A stretch of DNA of 64,000 bases from Octopus vulgaris (taxonomy: Eukaryota): contig OX597814.1 of assembly GCA_951406725.2 (NCBI GenBank), positions 202,616,001 through 202,680,000 on the forward strand, read 5' to 3'. The position numbers and the translations under genes are program-made. Under the pieces are notes generated by a model, which was not told where the DNA came from, did not search any database, and saw only the letters and a list, made by a program, of their open reading frames with translations. Below are positions 36,021-48,530 of this stretch, one piece after another. The number at the start of each line of letters is the position of its first letter. Position 1 is the first letter of the stretch.

Positions 36021-39000
36021 CAAGTACTAGGGTCATTGTAATCGACTAGTCCCCTCTCCCAAAATTTCAGGCCTTGTGCCTTTAGTAGAAAGGATTTTCA
36101 GTTATGTAGAATCATGTCTTTAAAAAAACAACCAAAACATTTTATAAATGCTTTCCAGCAATTTTCATTTGACGGCATATGAAAGCCTTTGTTTTTTTTT
36201 AAAAAAAGGTTCTAAAACAATCATGTTAGGTCCTTAATGTGAAGTTGAGCTTCCTATAAGCTTTAATGCACCAAAACTTGTCTGAATATGCACTGTTGAA
36301 ATTGAGGTATATCCATTATGCCTGTGTCATCAGATACAGTACTTTTAATATCCACTACTTGTTTCCGACTTTGTTCCTCTTGGCCTACATTCCTAATGTT
36401 ACTGAACACTCTAGTGTTGGTGCCTCTAAACATGCACTTTTGTAAAAGTGGTTGGCAACAGGAAGTGTATCAAGCCACAGAAACCATACCAAATGTCATG
36501 GATAAGTACTAATCTTCAAGAGCATTATCTCCCAGTAAGAAATAACTGAAAACACGATGACCTCTCCAATTCATGCCAGCAGAGAAAGAGGATTTAAATT
36601 GATGAGTAATCAATCAATCAATCATTTTTTCTTTTATCAATATTATGTAGGTTTTACAGGAAGGGTGATCTTTTCTTAAAAGCCTTTTTTTTTTAGTTTA
36701 CTTTTTGCTTGACGGTCATGTAGTTTGCTGTTTAACTAATAAAAACATGAAAAAAATTATGTTGAAATGCAATGACAGTGGAGATATCTTGAAAAGGTCG
36801 TGTGCACTGTTGCTATTCCCCTCCTCTGATTATCTTATAGGAACATATACTAATAAAGTAGCAATACTGATGTTGAAGGAAGTAAAAAATGATGACAATA
36901 ATGATGGTAATGTATCATACATTGATGACCATTGTTAATTTGCTGTCACTATAAATTATACATCACATTTATATAGCTGTCTCATTGTCTTCAGTATCAT
37001 CATCATCTGCAGTGATGTTGTTATACAGACACTGTTTATGGGTGAGGTGGTTTTATAGTTTATATTTATTAGGATATTAAATTTAATGTTTAGATATATC
37101 GTTTCAAAGTATTCATGTCTGTTCATCTTGTATTTAACTTACGTAACCTGTATCAAGTTTATACATTATTTTTATATCTTTATATTTTTGCATCTTGTAA
37201 GAATAATTCTCGAGAAAGTGCTGAGGCAAACAAATTAAGAAGTATTAAAATTTTTGTATTTCAATTAACTTTACTCCCGATATATAGTTTCTTAGGTGGT
37301 GGGCGAGCAGGGCTTACATATAAATGTTAGCTTTGCTACTTTTCGAAACGATGCTCTTTTTCTTAATATATGTATATCGATTCTGCTTAATTGACTTAAT
37401 TATGAATTCTTCCTGTTGTGGCTTCTTATCAATTCCTCATGCTAATGAGGTACAAAACAAATTTTATATTCTTTATGAAATTTATATTTTGTTTTCACCT
37501 ATTTTCCCGCCTCTGTTTTTTTTTTTGTTTAAAGATGTTGTTATAGAAAAGGCAGATACTTCAGCATAGAATTAATTGAAACAGTCAAAGGATTCTCCGA
37601 CTATATTAAAGATACAGCTGTGAGGTAGAATTTATCTTAATCAAATACACGTGTAATTTCTGACATCGTATTTGTTTGTTAAAAAAGCACTGTATTGATT
37701 GGTAAATGCACTAAGCATCAATTTCAGTGTTTATCCTTGTAATCACGGCTTTCATACTTTCCTCCATGCATTTATTTTAATATTTTGTTTTTATACAATT
37801 AAAAATTATCTGCTTACTTCAAAAACATCCGAAGTTTTAAAGTTAGTGTGTAAATGTTGTCGTTTTATATTAGTTATTCCCAATTTAATTGCATAGAATA
37901 TTGTAGAATACAACTTTATATATATAAAATAGATTTAGGTCATGCAGGACTCCTCTGTTGTCTGTGTTGAATGACACTGAAATGGTCATATGATCATAAA
38001 TACAGACAGTTTCTTTGTTGATTAGACTCATTAGATAGTAAATGGAACACAAGGAACTGCAGTAGAAACTTTTCAGCATATACATAGAGGTCCATATTTA
38101 TTCTATTGCTTACTAGACTGATATGAGATGGTCAGTTAAACTTCTAACATCCTTTTGATAATTAAGCTGAAAGACCAGTAAAGACCAAGAATTAAATGAT
38201 TCCATTGCAGAACAAATGATCTACTGAGGGAGTAATTAGTTCCTCACTTCCTTCAAAATGAATGTAAACAAGGTTAGTACAATTTTTGTGATACCATGTG
38301 TTTTAGGACTGACTGAACTGCTGTTATACTGTGTTGTACTGTAGTCATGAACAGTTGTCTAGGAAGTTACTCACTATGGCCATGTTGTTTATGTTGTTGT
38401 TTAACCACAGGTCAATCTTGATCCAGTAGATCTATGATCAAAGGCATTACATCCATAATCATCTTTCAGTATAAAATAGTAGGGTGTGGTATGATCTGAG
38501 GAAAATTCGGCTGCTACTTCTAGCTGATTGAGCAACTGTATAAAAGCTTTCTCATTCCTGTTTTATTGTAGGCGTACACACTGTCAGAGAATATAAATCT
38601 TAAAACATGTTGTCACCATTGTAAAGAGCAAATGTTTATTGAGAGAGAGATTCAGGACTGTATAGATCTCTCAATAACTTGTTGAATGCAGAAGGAAAAA
38701 AAGTAATAGATAAAATATATAAAGAAAATTAAAGAAAAAAAAATCCTTGAGGAAAATTAAGAATGCTTCATAAATTTCTGTATGCATCACAAGCTTCCTT
38801 CATTCCTCCATCCTCATCCAAGATATATGTATGTCACAGTTTTTTATCATATTTATTTGATTGATTGCTTAAGTATTCACTTGTAGTATTTCAGAAACTG
38901 CTGAAGCTAGGAAGTTTGAAAATCTTCTTCATCAATAATTACTACACAAAAATCTTGGAAAATTGCATTTTTGTGTGTGTGTGTGTGCTTGTTGTTGTTT

Positions 39001-39103
39001 GAAAGCTTATTATTTTTAGATTATACATATCAGTTGGTTCCAGTCAGCATATCAGCAACCTGTGGCTTGTATAAACAAATTTACGATCATTTTACATGAA
39101 CAA

Positions 39104-39530
39104 CAGGTGCAGGCATGGCTGTATTGTTAAGAAGCTCACTTTGCGATTACATACTTTCCAGTTCAGTCCAATTGCACAGTTCCTTGGAGAAGTGTCTTCT
39201 ACAACAGCCACAAGTCAACCAATGCCTTGTGAGGGAATTTGATAGATGGAAACTGTGTGGAAGCCTGATATGTCATGTCTGTGTATCTGTCTTTGTGTCT
39301 ATCTTCGTGTTTATATTTATCCCTCTCCCCCCCTCAACTGTTTTCACAACTGGTATTTGTTCATTCTCCCCTCCCCCGCCCCCATAGTTTTGTGGTTTGG
39401 TAAAAGTGGCTGATAGAATAAAGTCCCACACTTTAGAAAATGTACTGGGGCTCATTTGTTTGACTAAAACCTTCAGGGTTGTGCCCCAGCAAGGCCACAT
39501 TCCTATAACTGAAAGAAGTAAAAGATAAAT
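39104..39530 (+). mobile_element. SINE family A (old)
   Basis: Colinear with 56715-57124. Confidence 0.75.
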
Positions 39531-39826
39531 ATTTTTTTAAAATGCTCTGAAAGAAACATTCATCATAACACATCGTCATCAACTGTTTGATGCAACTATT
39601 TGTTTTAAACAAAAAAAACATTAATAGTTATTATTGCAAAATTGTTTTAACATCCACTTTTCCGTGCTTGCCAGGGTCGAGTGGGGTTTATTGAGACAGA
39701 TCTTCTGCAGCTGGAGGCTTTCCTGTCACCAACCCTCACCTGTTTCCAAGCAACATAATACTTCCTCATGGCCAGACATGGTTCCGCATGATATTGGAAA
39801 TGAATGATGTTGCTTATATGATAATG

Positions 39827-40240
39827 GAGTGACTGTGGAATGAGTAGCTTGCTTACCAACCACATGGTACCAGGTTCAGTCCCACTGTGTGGCACCTTGA
39901 GCAAGTGTCTTCTACTATAGCACCAGGCTGACCAAAGCCTTGTCAGTGAATTTGGTAGAGAGAAACTGAAAGAAGTCTGTCATATATGTATGTGTGTGTG
40001 TATGTATGTATGTACGTGTGTATGTATGTATGTATATGTTTGTGTGTCTGTGTTTGTTCCCCCCAACATTGCTTGACAACCGATGCTGGTGTGTTTCCAT
40101 CCCCATAACTTAGCGGTTCAGCAAAAGAGGCCAATAGAATAAGTAGTAAACTTAAAAAGAATAAGTGCTGGGGTCAATTTGCTCGACTAAAGGTGGTGCT
40201 TCAGCATGGCCACAGTCAAATGACTGAAACAAATGAAAGA
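39827..40240 (+). mobile_element. SINE family A
   Basis: Full head, internal TA/TG repeat, tail CAGCATGGCCACAGTCAAATGACTGAAACAA. Confidence 0.9.
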
Positions 40241-41094
40241 ATTGCGACTATCACACGATGTCAAGACAAGGGTACGCAAACATATACTTGCACTCGCATG
40301 TGCACACACACACACACACACACAAACACACATGATGGGATTCTTTCAGTTTCTATCCACCAAGTCCACTCACAAGGTTTTAGTCTGTCTGTGACGGCTT
40401 TAGTAGAAGATAATTACATATATTGCTATACATGTAGTAGGACTGAACCTGAAGCCACGTAGTTGGGAAGCAAATGTCCTAACCACACATCCACAATCTC
40501 TACCTAGTGCAAAATATATTCAGATAATTACCACATTTATGTGAAATATGTCAGTAAATTTTCATGTCACTTTTCAGTTTCATTGGCTTAAATATTGACA
40601 AGCTATGTAAAGAAAGGAAGTGAGGGGTTTACATTATATATAGACTGTCTTACAGGTTTCTTATCTATATGACATATATAAATTGAAGATTAGTAACATT
40701 TACTAAATTTGTCATCTATTAATTACACAGACATCAAAACATACATTCAGAAATGATAATCACTTGTCAAAACATAAGAAATATCATCATTATTTAAGAG
40801 CAATCTATCAAGCTTTCAATGGCTGGACAGTTTGACAGGATCTAATGAGCGGGAGTACAGCATCGTGTTCCAGTGTCTGCTTTCTAAGGCTGGTTGCTCT
40901 TCCTAACATCAAACACTGAGTGTTGTTAGAAAGAGCAACCATGCTAGGTGTTGAAAGGCTAACCTTTGAAATAATAACAATAATTCTATATACGATAATT
41001 CGAACTCATTAGTATTTCTATCTCAAATGCACAATTTCAGCAAATTACTTTCATACAATTGTCAGATTTTAGTGTGTTTGTACACATTACAGAA

Positions 41095-41373
41095 TCATCA
41101 TCATCATCATCGTTTAGCGTCCGCTTTCCATGCTAGCATGGGTTGGATGGTTCAACTGGGGTCTGTGAAGCCTGAAGGCTGCATCAGGCCCAGTCTGATC
41201 TGGCAGTGTTTCTACGGCTGGATGCCCTTCCTAACGCCAACCACTCCATGAGTGTAGTGGGTGCTTTTTATGTGCCACCCGCACAGGTGCCAGACAGAGC
41301 TGGCAAACGGCCACGAACGGATGGTGCTTTTTACGTGCCACCGGCACGGAGGCCAGTCGGGGCGGTGCTGGCA
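41095..41373 (-). mobile_element. RTE-LINE 3'UTR (family D), young
   Basis: Flanked by CAGAAT; near-identical to 43131-43402 and 55012-55456. Confidence 0.9.
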
Positions 41374-41968
41374 GAATATACATGTAAATGTGTAGTATAT
41401 GAATGTGTTTTTGTATATACACATACATCATACATACATCTAACTCAATAACATCTTAGTTAAACTGAATTCAAATTCGGCTACACGATGATACCATCAT
41501 GCCATTCCTAGCTAACCATATCTTACTACTACATAACAGATTCTGCTCACCAAATACAGCTGCTGTAATTACATAGAAAACGGTCCTCCAACTCTGCAAT
41601 AGCCATTACTGGTTATTACTTCACTAACTAAGCTTCTGTTCACCAAAGATAGTTGTCTCAGTGACATAGAATACAGTCTCCAATTCGGCATATTATTGAA
41701 ATAAATGCATACACACACTGACTACATTTTACAAAAATATATATGTGCCCCTGCATGGCCACAGCTCGTGAGCGGAAACTAGATAAAATAAAAAATAAAT
41801 AAAATAAAATAACATTTTCAGAGTTCGTTGAGATTGATATTTTTTTTTTTTATGAGTTAAGTTCAGTCCATTTTCTTTAGCAATTAGGGGTCCTTATTAA
41901 TCAAGGTTGGCTATACAGCTGCAAATGTACAGGTGTGTGTGTGTATAGATGCATGGACAAGATAATTC

Positions 41969-42372
41969 AGATCTTTTCGTTTTGAACGGCAGTTTTTTCT
42001 AGTGGTGTCATATGAAATTGTCACCCATAATTATGACCCTAGAATCGATCTATTGCATTTCAATCTCTTTTAGGGTTAGGGGTGGGGTATCTTTTTTTCT
42101 TCACAAATGTAAATAAACCCGATCTGTTTCTTAAATGAGGGATATATTCATACGGCACAGAATGCTTTTTAACTCAATAGACGTCAGTGATTGGTTGAAA
42201 TTGCAGAAATTGAAAAAAAAAAACAACAAATATCTTACAAACTATAGAATTTTCTCAATAAAGCCAAGAGAAAAAGATGTTTTATAAACACATTCTACCA
42301 GTATACGAAGTTTAAAATTTTTTAGTTACCTAGAAATTATGTTAAAAACTGCCGTTCAAACCGAAAAGATCC
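41969..42372. mobile_element. MITE with ~28-bp TIR and 8-bp TSD (superfamily uncertain: Merlin or hAT)
   Basis: TIR GATCTTTTCG(T/G)TTTGAACGGCAGTTTTT; TSD GATAATTC / GATGATTC; internal TTAGGGTTAGGG. Confidence 0.88.
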
Positions 42373-42440
42373 GATGATTCTTATGGAAGACTTAACCAAA
42401 CACACAAAACTTCCTCTCTCCAAGCCATCAATGTTTATCC

Positions 42441-42699
42441 CAGAATCATGAAGTTGGAGTCAGAAACAATTAAGTCAGAATCAGTCTGCAAAACTATACC
42501 GACTTTGACTCCAACTCACAATATCTTTATTCTTTAATATAAACCAGTTATAAGATACAAGCCTACTCATAGTACAAGCATATGCATATGCTTTATGAGA
42601 TATGTAGACCACAATCACTTTATTACATAAAGAGGAGTTGGAGGTGCCAATAGTAGAGGAGTCAGAGTCAAAGATTTTTGCTTTGACTCCACAGTCCTG
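42441..42699. mobile_element. hAT-type MITE with GGAGTC subterminal repeats
   Basis: CAG...CTG ends; TSD GTTTATCC / GTTTATCT. Confidence 0.7.
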
Positions 42700-43130
42700 G
42701 TTTATCTAAAGAGAAAGCCTCTGAGCTGGGTCAGTACAGCTTGGCATAAAGGTCATTATAGGTGTTGTTATCAGAATGCAAAGTGATAGAAAGCATTTTG
42801 CCTGACCTTCTAAATCAGCAGTTCTCAGTTGTGGCTCTCAGGACAGCATGTAGCCCTCAGCAGTCTTCCCTCTATAAATATAATAAATTTTACTTTTTTC
42901 AGTGTGGACCTCTAAAACCATCCAGGTTTAGATCTGGCCTGGATATTATAAACTTCAAGAACCAGTGCTGTAAGTTCTGCCACATGAGCATCCCAGATAT
43001 GTATTTTTTTTATTACCATCAAAATGATGGAAGGTAAAATTGACCTAGGCAGGAATTGAACTCAGAGCACAAAGTGTTGGAACGAATACTATATTTGTTG
43101 GCATGTAAGATGCACTTTTATTCCCCAAAT

Positions 43131-43402
43131 ATCATCATCATCATCGTTTAGCGTCTGCTTTCCATGCTAGCATGGGTTGGACGGTTCAACTGGGGTCTGG
43201 GAAGCCAGAAGGCTGCACCAGGCCCAGTCTGATCTGGCAGAGTTTCTACGGTTGGATGCCCTTCCTAACACCAACCACTCCGTGAGTGTAGTGGGTGCTT
43301 TTTACGTGCCACCAGCACAGGTGCCAGACGAGGCTGGCAAACGGCCACGATTGGATGGTGCTTTTTACATGCCACCGGCACGGGGGCCAGGCGAGGCTGG
43401 CA
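43131..43402 (-). mobile_element. RTE-LINE 3'UTR (family D), young
   Basis: TSD CAAATAT on both sides. Confidence 0.9.
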
Positions 43403-44278
43403 AATATGTGCCAAAAAAATCACCCTGGGTCCTATATGTGAAGTTTGGCCTCCCTTAAACTTTAATATATGCTAAAACTTTTTTTACCGAATATATGAAG
43501 CTGAAATTGGAATGAATCTAATCTACCTGTGCGTCATTTATGCCATTAAATATGGCTCTGCAAGGTATTCTATTCAACACACTAACTATGCTGCCACTTC
43601 ATTGCCTTAATTTTAAATAACTAACCAAAATATTTATGTGTCTACATTTCATGTAACAGTTTGAAAGGAACAATTCCTCACAAAGAGGAACATGAAAGGA
43701 AAAAATTCTCCTGAAACCTTAGAAAACTGGCAAATATTCATTTCCACTGTAAAGAAAAAGAAATTATCAAATATAATTGGTTGACCAGTTGGATCAATGG
43801 ATCCCTGTGAAGCTAACAAGGCTATTGTTCACAAAAGGCATGCATTATATAAAAACACATATCTATAAACACTGACATAGAAGCATTGATTTCAATAATG
43901 GACATGTTAGATTCCATTACAGTTACATCTTCAAACAATATCTACAAATCAACATCAAACATTGTTAAGTGTTTTGTTTATTTCAATAAATAGGCTAATT
44001 ATGAAAGTAGTGTTTGTTGAGAGATTCCGACAACACCCCACCCACCCTATATGTGAAGCAGAACAGATGTAATGATAGTGTTGCACTGCCAATCACATGT
44101 TTCTAAGTTCAAATTGCATTTACAGCCATTGTAGTACATCCTCTACTTGGCCCAGTTTACATGGTTGTCTGTAAAACCTGTTTCTGTTGTACTTCACAGT
44201 AAATTACAGAGCTTGACAGTTAAAAACTGACTACTCTGAAATACAATTCTATATTTGTGATATGAGGAATTTATATTA

Positions 44279-44612
44279 TCTCTATATATATAAACGCCAA
44301 AATGTATGTCTGTGTGCGTGTCTTTTATACAAATCCACAATTTTTCAGTTAGAGGGCTCGCACTTTCTATGGTCATTCAAAACCGTCCAAGGATGGTTGT
44401 GCACATCTTTACATTTTCCCAGTCACCCCGCAAAACCATTAAAAAAATCAATAGAAGTGACTTTTTTGTGAATTTTTTATCCAAAACCCAATCAAAATGC
44501 CTGAAACTTGATACGCCAATTGAATGCCAGCTAGCTGTATGTGATTGGTCAGAGATTTGGATAGTACTCACGTGTATGAGTGCATGCACGCAGCTGTATA
44601 TGCATGCACTAG
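44279..44612 (+). mobile_element. Non-autonomous Helitron
   Basis: A|TCTCTATATATATAAA 5' end; inverted repeat AGTGCATGCA/TGCATGCACT ending at CTAG. The following base is not the canonical T. Confidence 0.6.
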
Positions 44613-44693
44613 CACTATTTACATTAGTCAGGCTGGTGTCTCCATCTTGATTGTTGCTGCCACTATGTTTCAACAACTGAGTTCAACACAAGA

Positions 44694-44735
44694 CACCTGA
44701 AGACCACTGGAGCATACAACAGCCGAAACATAGCG
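44694..44735 (+). ncRNA. Degenerate hammerhead motif
   Basis: cac CUGAAGA ccacug...cagcc GAAA ca UA gcg; stem II partly broken; same family as 60272-60316. Confidence 0.4.
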
Positions 44736-45202
44736 AAAGCAATAGTGAAGATGAAGATATCAGTCCAACTAGTATGAATGGTATACATAATATACTACGT
44801 AACAATATTATTACACAGTAAAAATTTCTGAGTCAAATACTAGTCACATGTCAAGGGTTTTTTTCTTTTCCATTTTTTTTAGCTTTTAATTAATTATGAC
44901 TAATCAATTTGTCATTGAAAAGTGGAGTCAGGTGGGGACAGACGAATCGTAATTCTTAATGAAGTTAAGATGGTGTTAAATTATTTAAAAATTGTCAAAC
45001 ACCATGATGAAGAAGGAAAAATTAATGTGAATGCCACCTCTTTTTTGTCTTCACCTTCTCATGAATAAAGAGAGGTTGGGGACTAAATTTCTTTTATGAA
45101 ATATTTATTTTTAGGGTAGGATACAGATGTTTGTCACTTTGACAACCACTTCATTAATAGAGAAATCTTATTTCATGGCAATTAGTATTTCAAATTTCCA
45201 TT

Positions 45203-45253
<51 letters not shown>

Positions 45254-45348
45254 ACTTGTTGCTGCTTCCTTTTACCTTTTTCCAAGTATTGCATGCAATA
45301 AGCTCTTTCTCTTCTTCCTTCTCTTCCTGCCCATCATTTATTAATATT

Positions 45349-46010
45349 AAGGTGGCTGAGTTGCTACTGTGCTGGACAAGATGCTTACCAGCATCTATTC
45401 TGGTTCTTCTGAGCTGAGGTTGACTTTGCCTTTCGTCCTTTCAGGGTCAATAAAATAACTACCAGTCAAGCATCGGGGTTGATATAATTGACTTACCCCC
45501 TCCCCCAGAATTTCAGGCCTTTTGCCTATAGTAGAAATGATTATTATTTTAGTTATTATTATTAAGATGATGAAGACAGTGAACAGACAGAATTGTTAGC
45601 ATGCCAGGCCAAATGCTTAATGGCATCTCGTCCATCCTTACATTCTGAGTTCAAATCTGCTTTTCATCCTTTCGGGGTCAATAAATTAAGTACCACTGAA
45701 ACACTGGGAGGGTCTGTGTAATTGACTAGTCCCACTCCCCTAAAATTTCAGGCCTTTGTGCCTATATTTGAAAGGATTATTAAGGTGGTGAGCTGGCAAA
45801 ATCCTTAGCATTCCAGACAAAATACTTAGCAACATTTTTACCGGCTTTACATTTTGAACTCAAAGCTCATTCTGATAAAGTTGATTTCACCATTCATCTG
45901 TTTGGGGTCAACAAAATAAATATCAGTTCTGCTGTGGGGATCAATTATAATTAACCAGCATCCCTTCCTACCAGATTTAAGGTCTTCTGCCTATAGCAGA
46001 AAGGATTATT
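45349..46010 (+). mobile_element. Three head-to-tail diverged family B SINEs
   Basis: The CCTTTC.TCCTTTC.GGGTCAATAAA core and AGGCCTT.TGCCTATA tail recur three times. Confidence 0.8.
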
Positions 46011-46150
46011 GTTATGATGTTAATTTTTTTTTAATAACAAAAATAACATTTTTATACATTTTAGCTCAATTAAACTCAAACTGACAAATACCAGCCTCAT
46101 TCCCCCACCCCACTCATCACCAAAATATTAATGAAATTTGTCCTTTTTCC

Positions 46151-46460
46151 CATCATCATTATCATCATCATTTAACATCCATTGTCCATGCTGGCATGGG
46201 TTGGATGCTTTAACCAGAGCTGGTAAGCTGGAAGGCTGCACCAGACACCAGTCTGATTTGGCATGGTTTACTATGGCTGGATGCCATTCCTAATGCCAAC
46301 CACTCCAAGAGTGTAATAGGTGCTTTTACACGCCACTGGCATGGGTGCCATTTGTGTGATACCAGTACCTGACAGGACTGCGATTTTGCTTGGGTCAATG
46401 AGTTTTCTTCTCAAGCATGACATGATGCCAAAGGTCTTGGTCATTGCTTCTGTAAGGCCC
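46151..46460 (-). mobile_element. RTE-LINE 3' end (family D)
   Basis: GLTEAMT ORF end plus UTR and tail. Confidence 0.85.
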
Positions 46461-46518
46461 CTCTCTTTATTAATGAAAAGATAGATTTTTGTACCCATAA
46501 AATTCTTTTCTCACCATA

Positions 46519-46917
46519 GGCACAGGCATGACTGTAATAAGAACGTGGAACCACATGGTTCCAGGTTCAGTCCCACTGCATGGAGCCTTGGGCAAGTGTC
46601 TTCTAATATAGCCTTGGCCTGACCAAATATTTGTGAATGGATTTGGTAGATGGAAACTGAAAGAAGCCTCTTATATATATATGTATGTGTCTGTGTGTGT
46701 CTTTGTATCTATGTTTGTCTCCTACCGCTGTTTGATAACCAGTGTTGATGTGCTCACATCTCCATAACTTAGAAATTCATCAAAAGCGGGGTTGATAGAA
46801 TAAGTACCAGGTTTTAGAAAAATATGTATTGGGGCCAAATCATTCGACTAAAATTCTTCAAGGCAGTGCTCCAGCATGGCCGTAGACTAATGACTGAAGC
46901 AAGTAAAAGATAAAAGA
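46519..46917 (+). mobile_element. SINE family A
   Basis: Colinear with 56715-57124. Confidence 0.85.
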
Positions 46918-47342
46918 TGATATTGGACTTAGCCCTTTCATTACCATATTTCTGTTGAAATACTCTTATCTTAATTAATTCTGAAATTAATGAAGAATTT
47001 AGTAAAATAACTTTATCACTTGTAAATTGGTGTCTGGAACTCAAATTAACACGAAATGTTGATGAAGTGTTTTAATTGAGATCATTTGAAAGCAGGAAGC
47101 TTTTATCATAGAAACCAAGTTTGGTCTTAATTTTATTATACATGGCAATTTGTCCCCTTTTACAGTCTTCGCAGCGTCACCACCACCACCACCATGGGGA
47201 ACTCTGTTGTAGCAGATCAAACCAGTTCTGCGTATCAGTCTTAAAAAACGTTATATTTGCAATTGTATAGTGATAGTTTTGCAGTTTGGTTGTTCTCAGG
47301 GTATCTGTCTCTTCTGTCTGTTTTATGTCAAATTAGTCATAT

Positions 47343-47564
47343 CTTAAAGGCAGCGAGCTGGCAGAAACGTTAGCACGCTGGGTGAAAAACTTAGCGGTAT
47401 TTCATCTGTTTTTATGTTCCGAGATCAAATTCCTCTGAGGTCAGTTTTGCCTTTCATCCTTTCGGGGTCAATAAATTAAGTACCAGTTGCATACTGGGGT
47501 CAAACTAATCGACTAGTCCCCTTCCCAAAAACTTCGAGCCTTGTGCCTAGAGTAAAATAAAAAA
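47343..47564 (+). mobile_element. SINE family B
   Basis: TSD AAATTAGTCATAT (47330-47342 / 47565-47577). Confidence 0.9.
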
Positions 47565-47604
47565 AAATTAGTCATATTTATTTATAATGTGTCTATCATA
47601 CAGT

Positions 47605-47693
47605 TCTATATTTAAGAGATGAGGAATTATGTACATTATTTACATTATTTACATTTGACGGACAAATATCGTCAAATGTAAATAATGTAAATA
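47605..47693. mobile_element. Fold-back Penelope-like terminus
   Basis: TATTTACATTATTTACATTTGACG...CGTCAAATGTAAATAATGTAAATA perfect inverted repeat; sequence related to 60205-60250. Confidence 0.65.
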
Positions 47694-48340
47694 ACATGTC
47701 TATCATAGTTTGGTTGAATGGTTGAAAAACACCATTTGACAATTGCAATGTCTTGGGACCAATCTAACCAATTTTGGGGCCAATCTTGGGCAAACATCTT
47801 TTGTCACAGCCTTGGATCAACCCAATCCTTGTGAGTGAATTTAGATTTTCAGTAGCTGCTTGGAGGCCATGTTGTTGCTTAATAGTTTCAGCCTGTGACA
47901 TTTAGGCTGTTTATCATGGAAACATAATATTAAATAGTTGCTCAAACAGAGGAATATATCTGAGCAGAATATCAAATCAAAACAAGCTGTTGAATCAGCT
48001 CAATGTCAATATTTGATTCATCTGTGTTGGTGGCTCTCAAAAGGTGTCCATATGACCATTAGGGGTCCATGTAAAGTTTATCTGAAAGAGATTATACTTC
48101 TACTGTACACAAAATATTTTAACAACTTTTTTATAAAATTCCTAATAATATTTAATTATAAAAAAACCCACAAAAAAAGAATTTTTTTAGACTTTGAATG
48201 GTTATGGGGTCCAGTAGAATAAAATAAGAATGAAAGGGATTCATAGACAAAAAGTGGTTGAGAGCCCCTGATCTATGCACTTCATTAATTGCTGTTTATT
48301 CCTAGATCGGTTTTTGTTTTAGCAAATCTATGAAGGTCAC

Positions 48341-48530
48341 CATGATAGATCGATAGCCACTAAACCTTTTTTATTTTCTCTCCCTGTTTATTTCTGTGTT
48401 CCTTTCTGTTGACGAGCATAGGCTCAAAATGTAAAAAAACTTTCTCACTTCCCAAGCATTGAACTAATACACCTGTTTGTTGTTTACACACCCGTCTTCG
48501 TCTTTTGTTTCTTTGTAAATTCTCACTGTA
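48341..48530 (+). mobile_element. Penelope-like pseudo-LTR relic with hammerhead-like variant at 48403-48436
   Basis: uuu CUGUUGA c gagc auag gcuc AAAA ug UA aaa; the paralog at 6011-6175 supplies GAAAC. Confidence 0.55.

Larger units (their letters stand above)
44246..44800. mobile_element. Inverted Penelope-like pseudo-LTR pair split by a Helitron
   Basis: TTCTATATTT..GATATGAGGAATT...TATTTACATT...CATCTTG.TTGTTG...GTTTC matches 47605-47693 and 60205-60335; the opposite-strand copy follows at ~44690-44790. Confidence 0.55.

Noticed and set aside
42070-42082. Interstitial telomere
   Set aside because: Only two TTAGGG units, inside a MITE.
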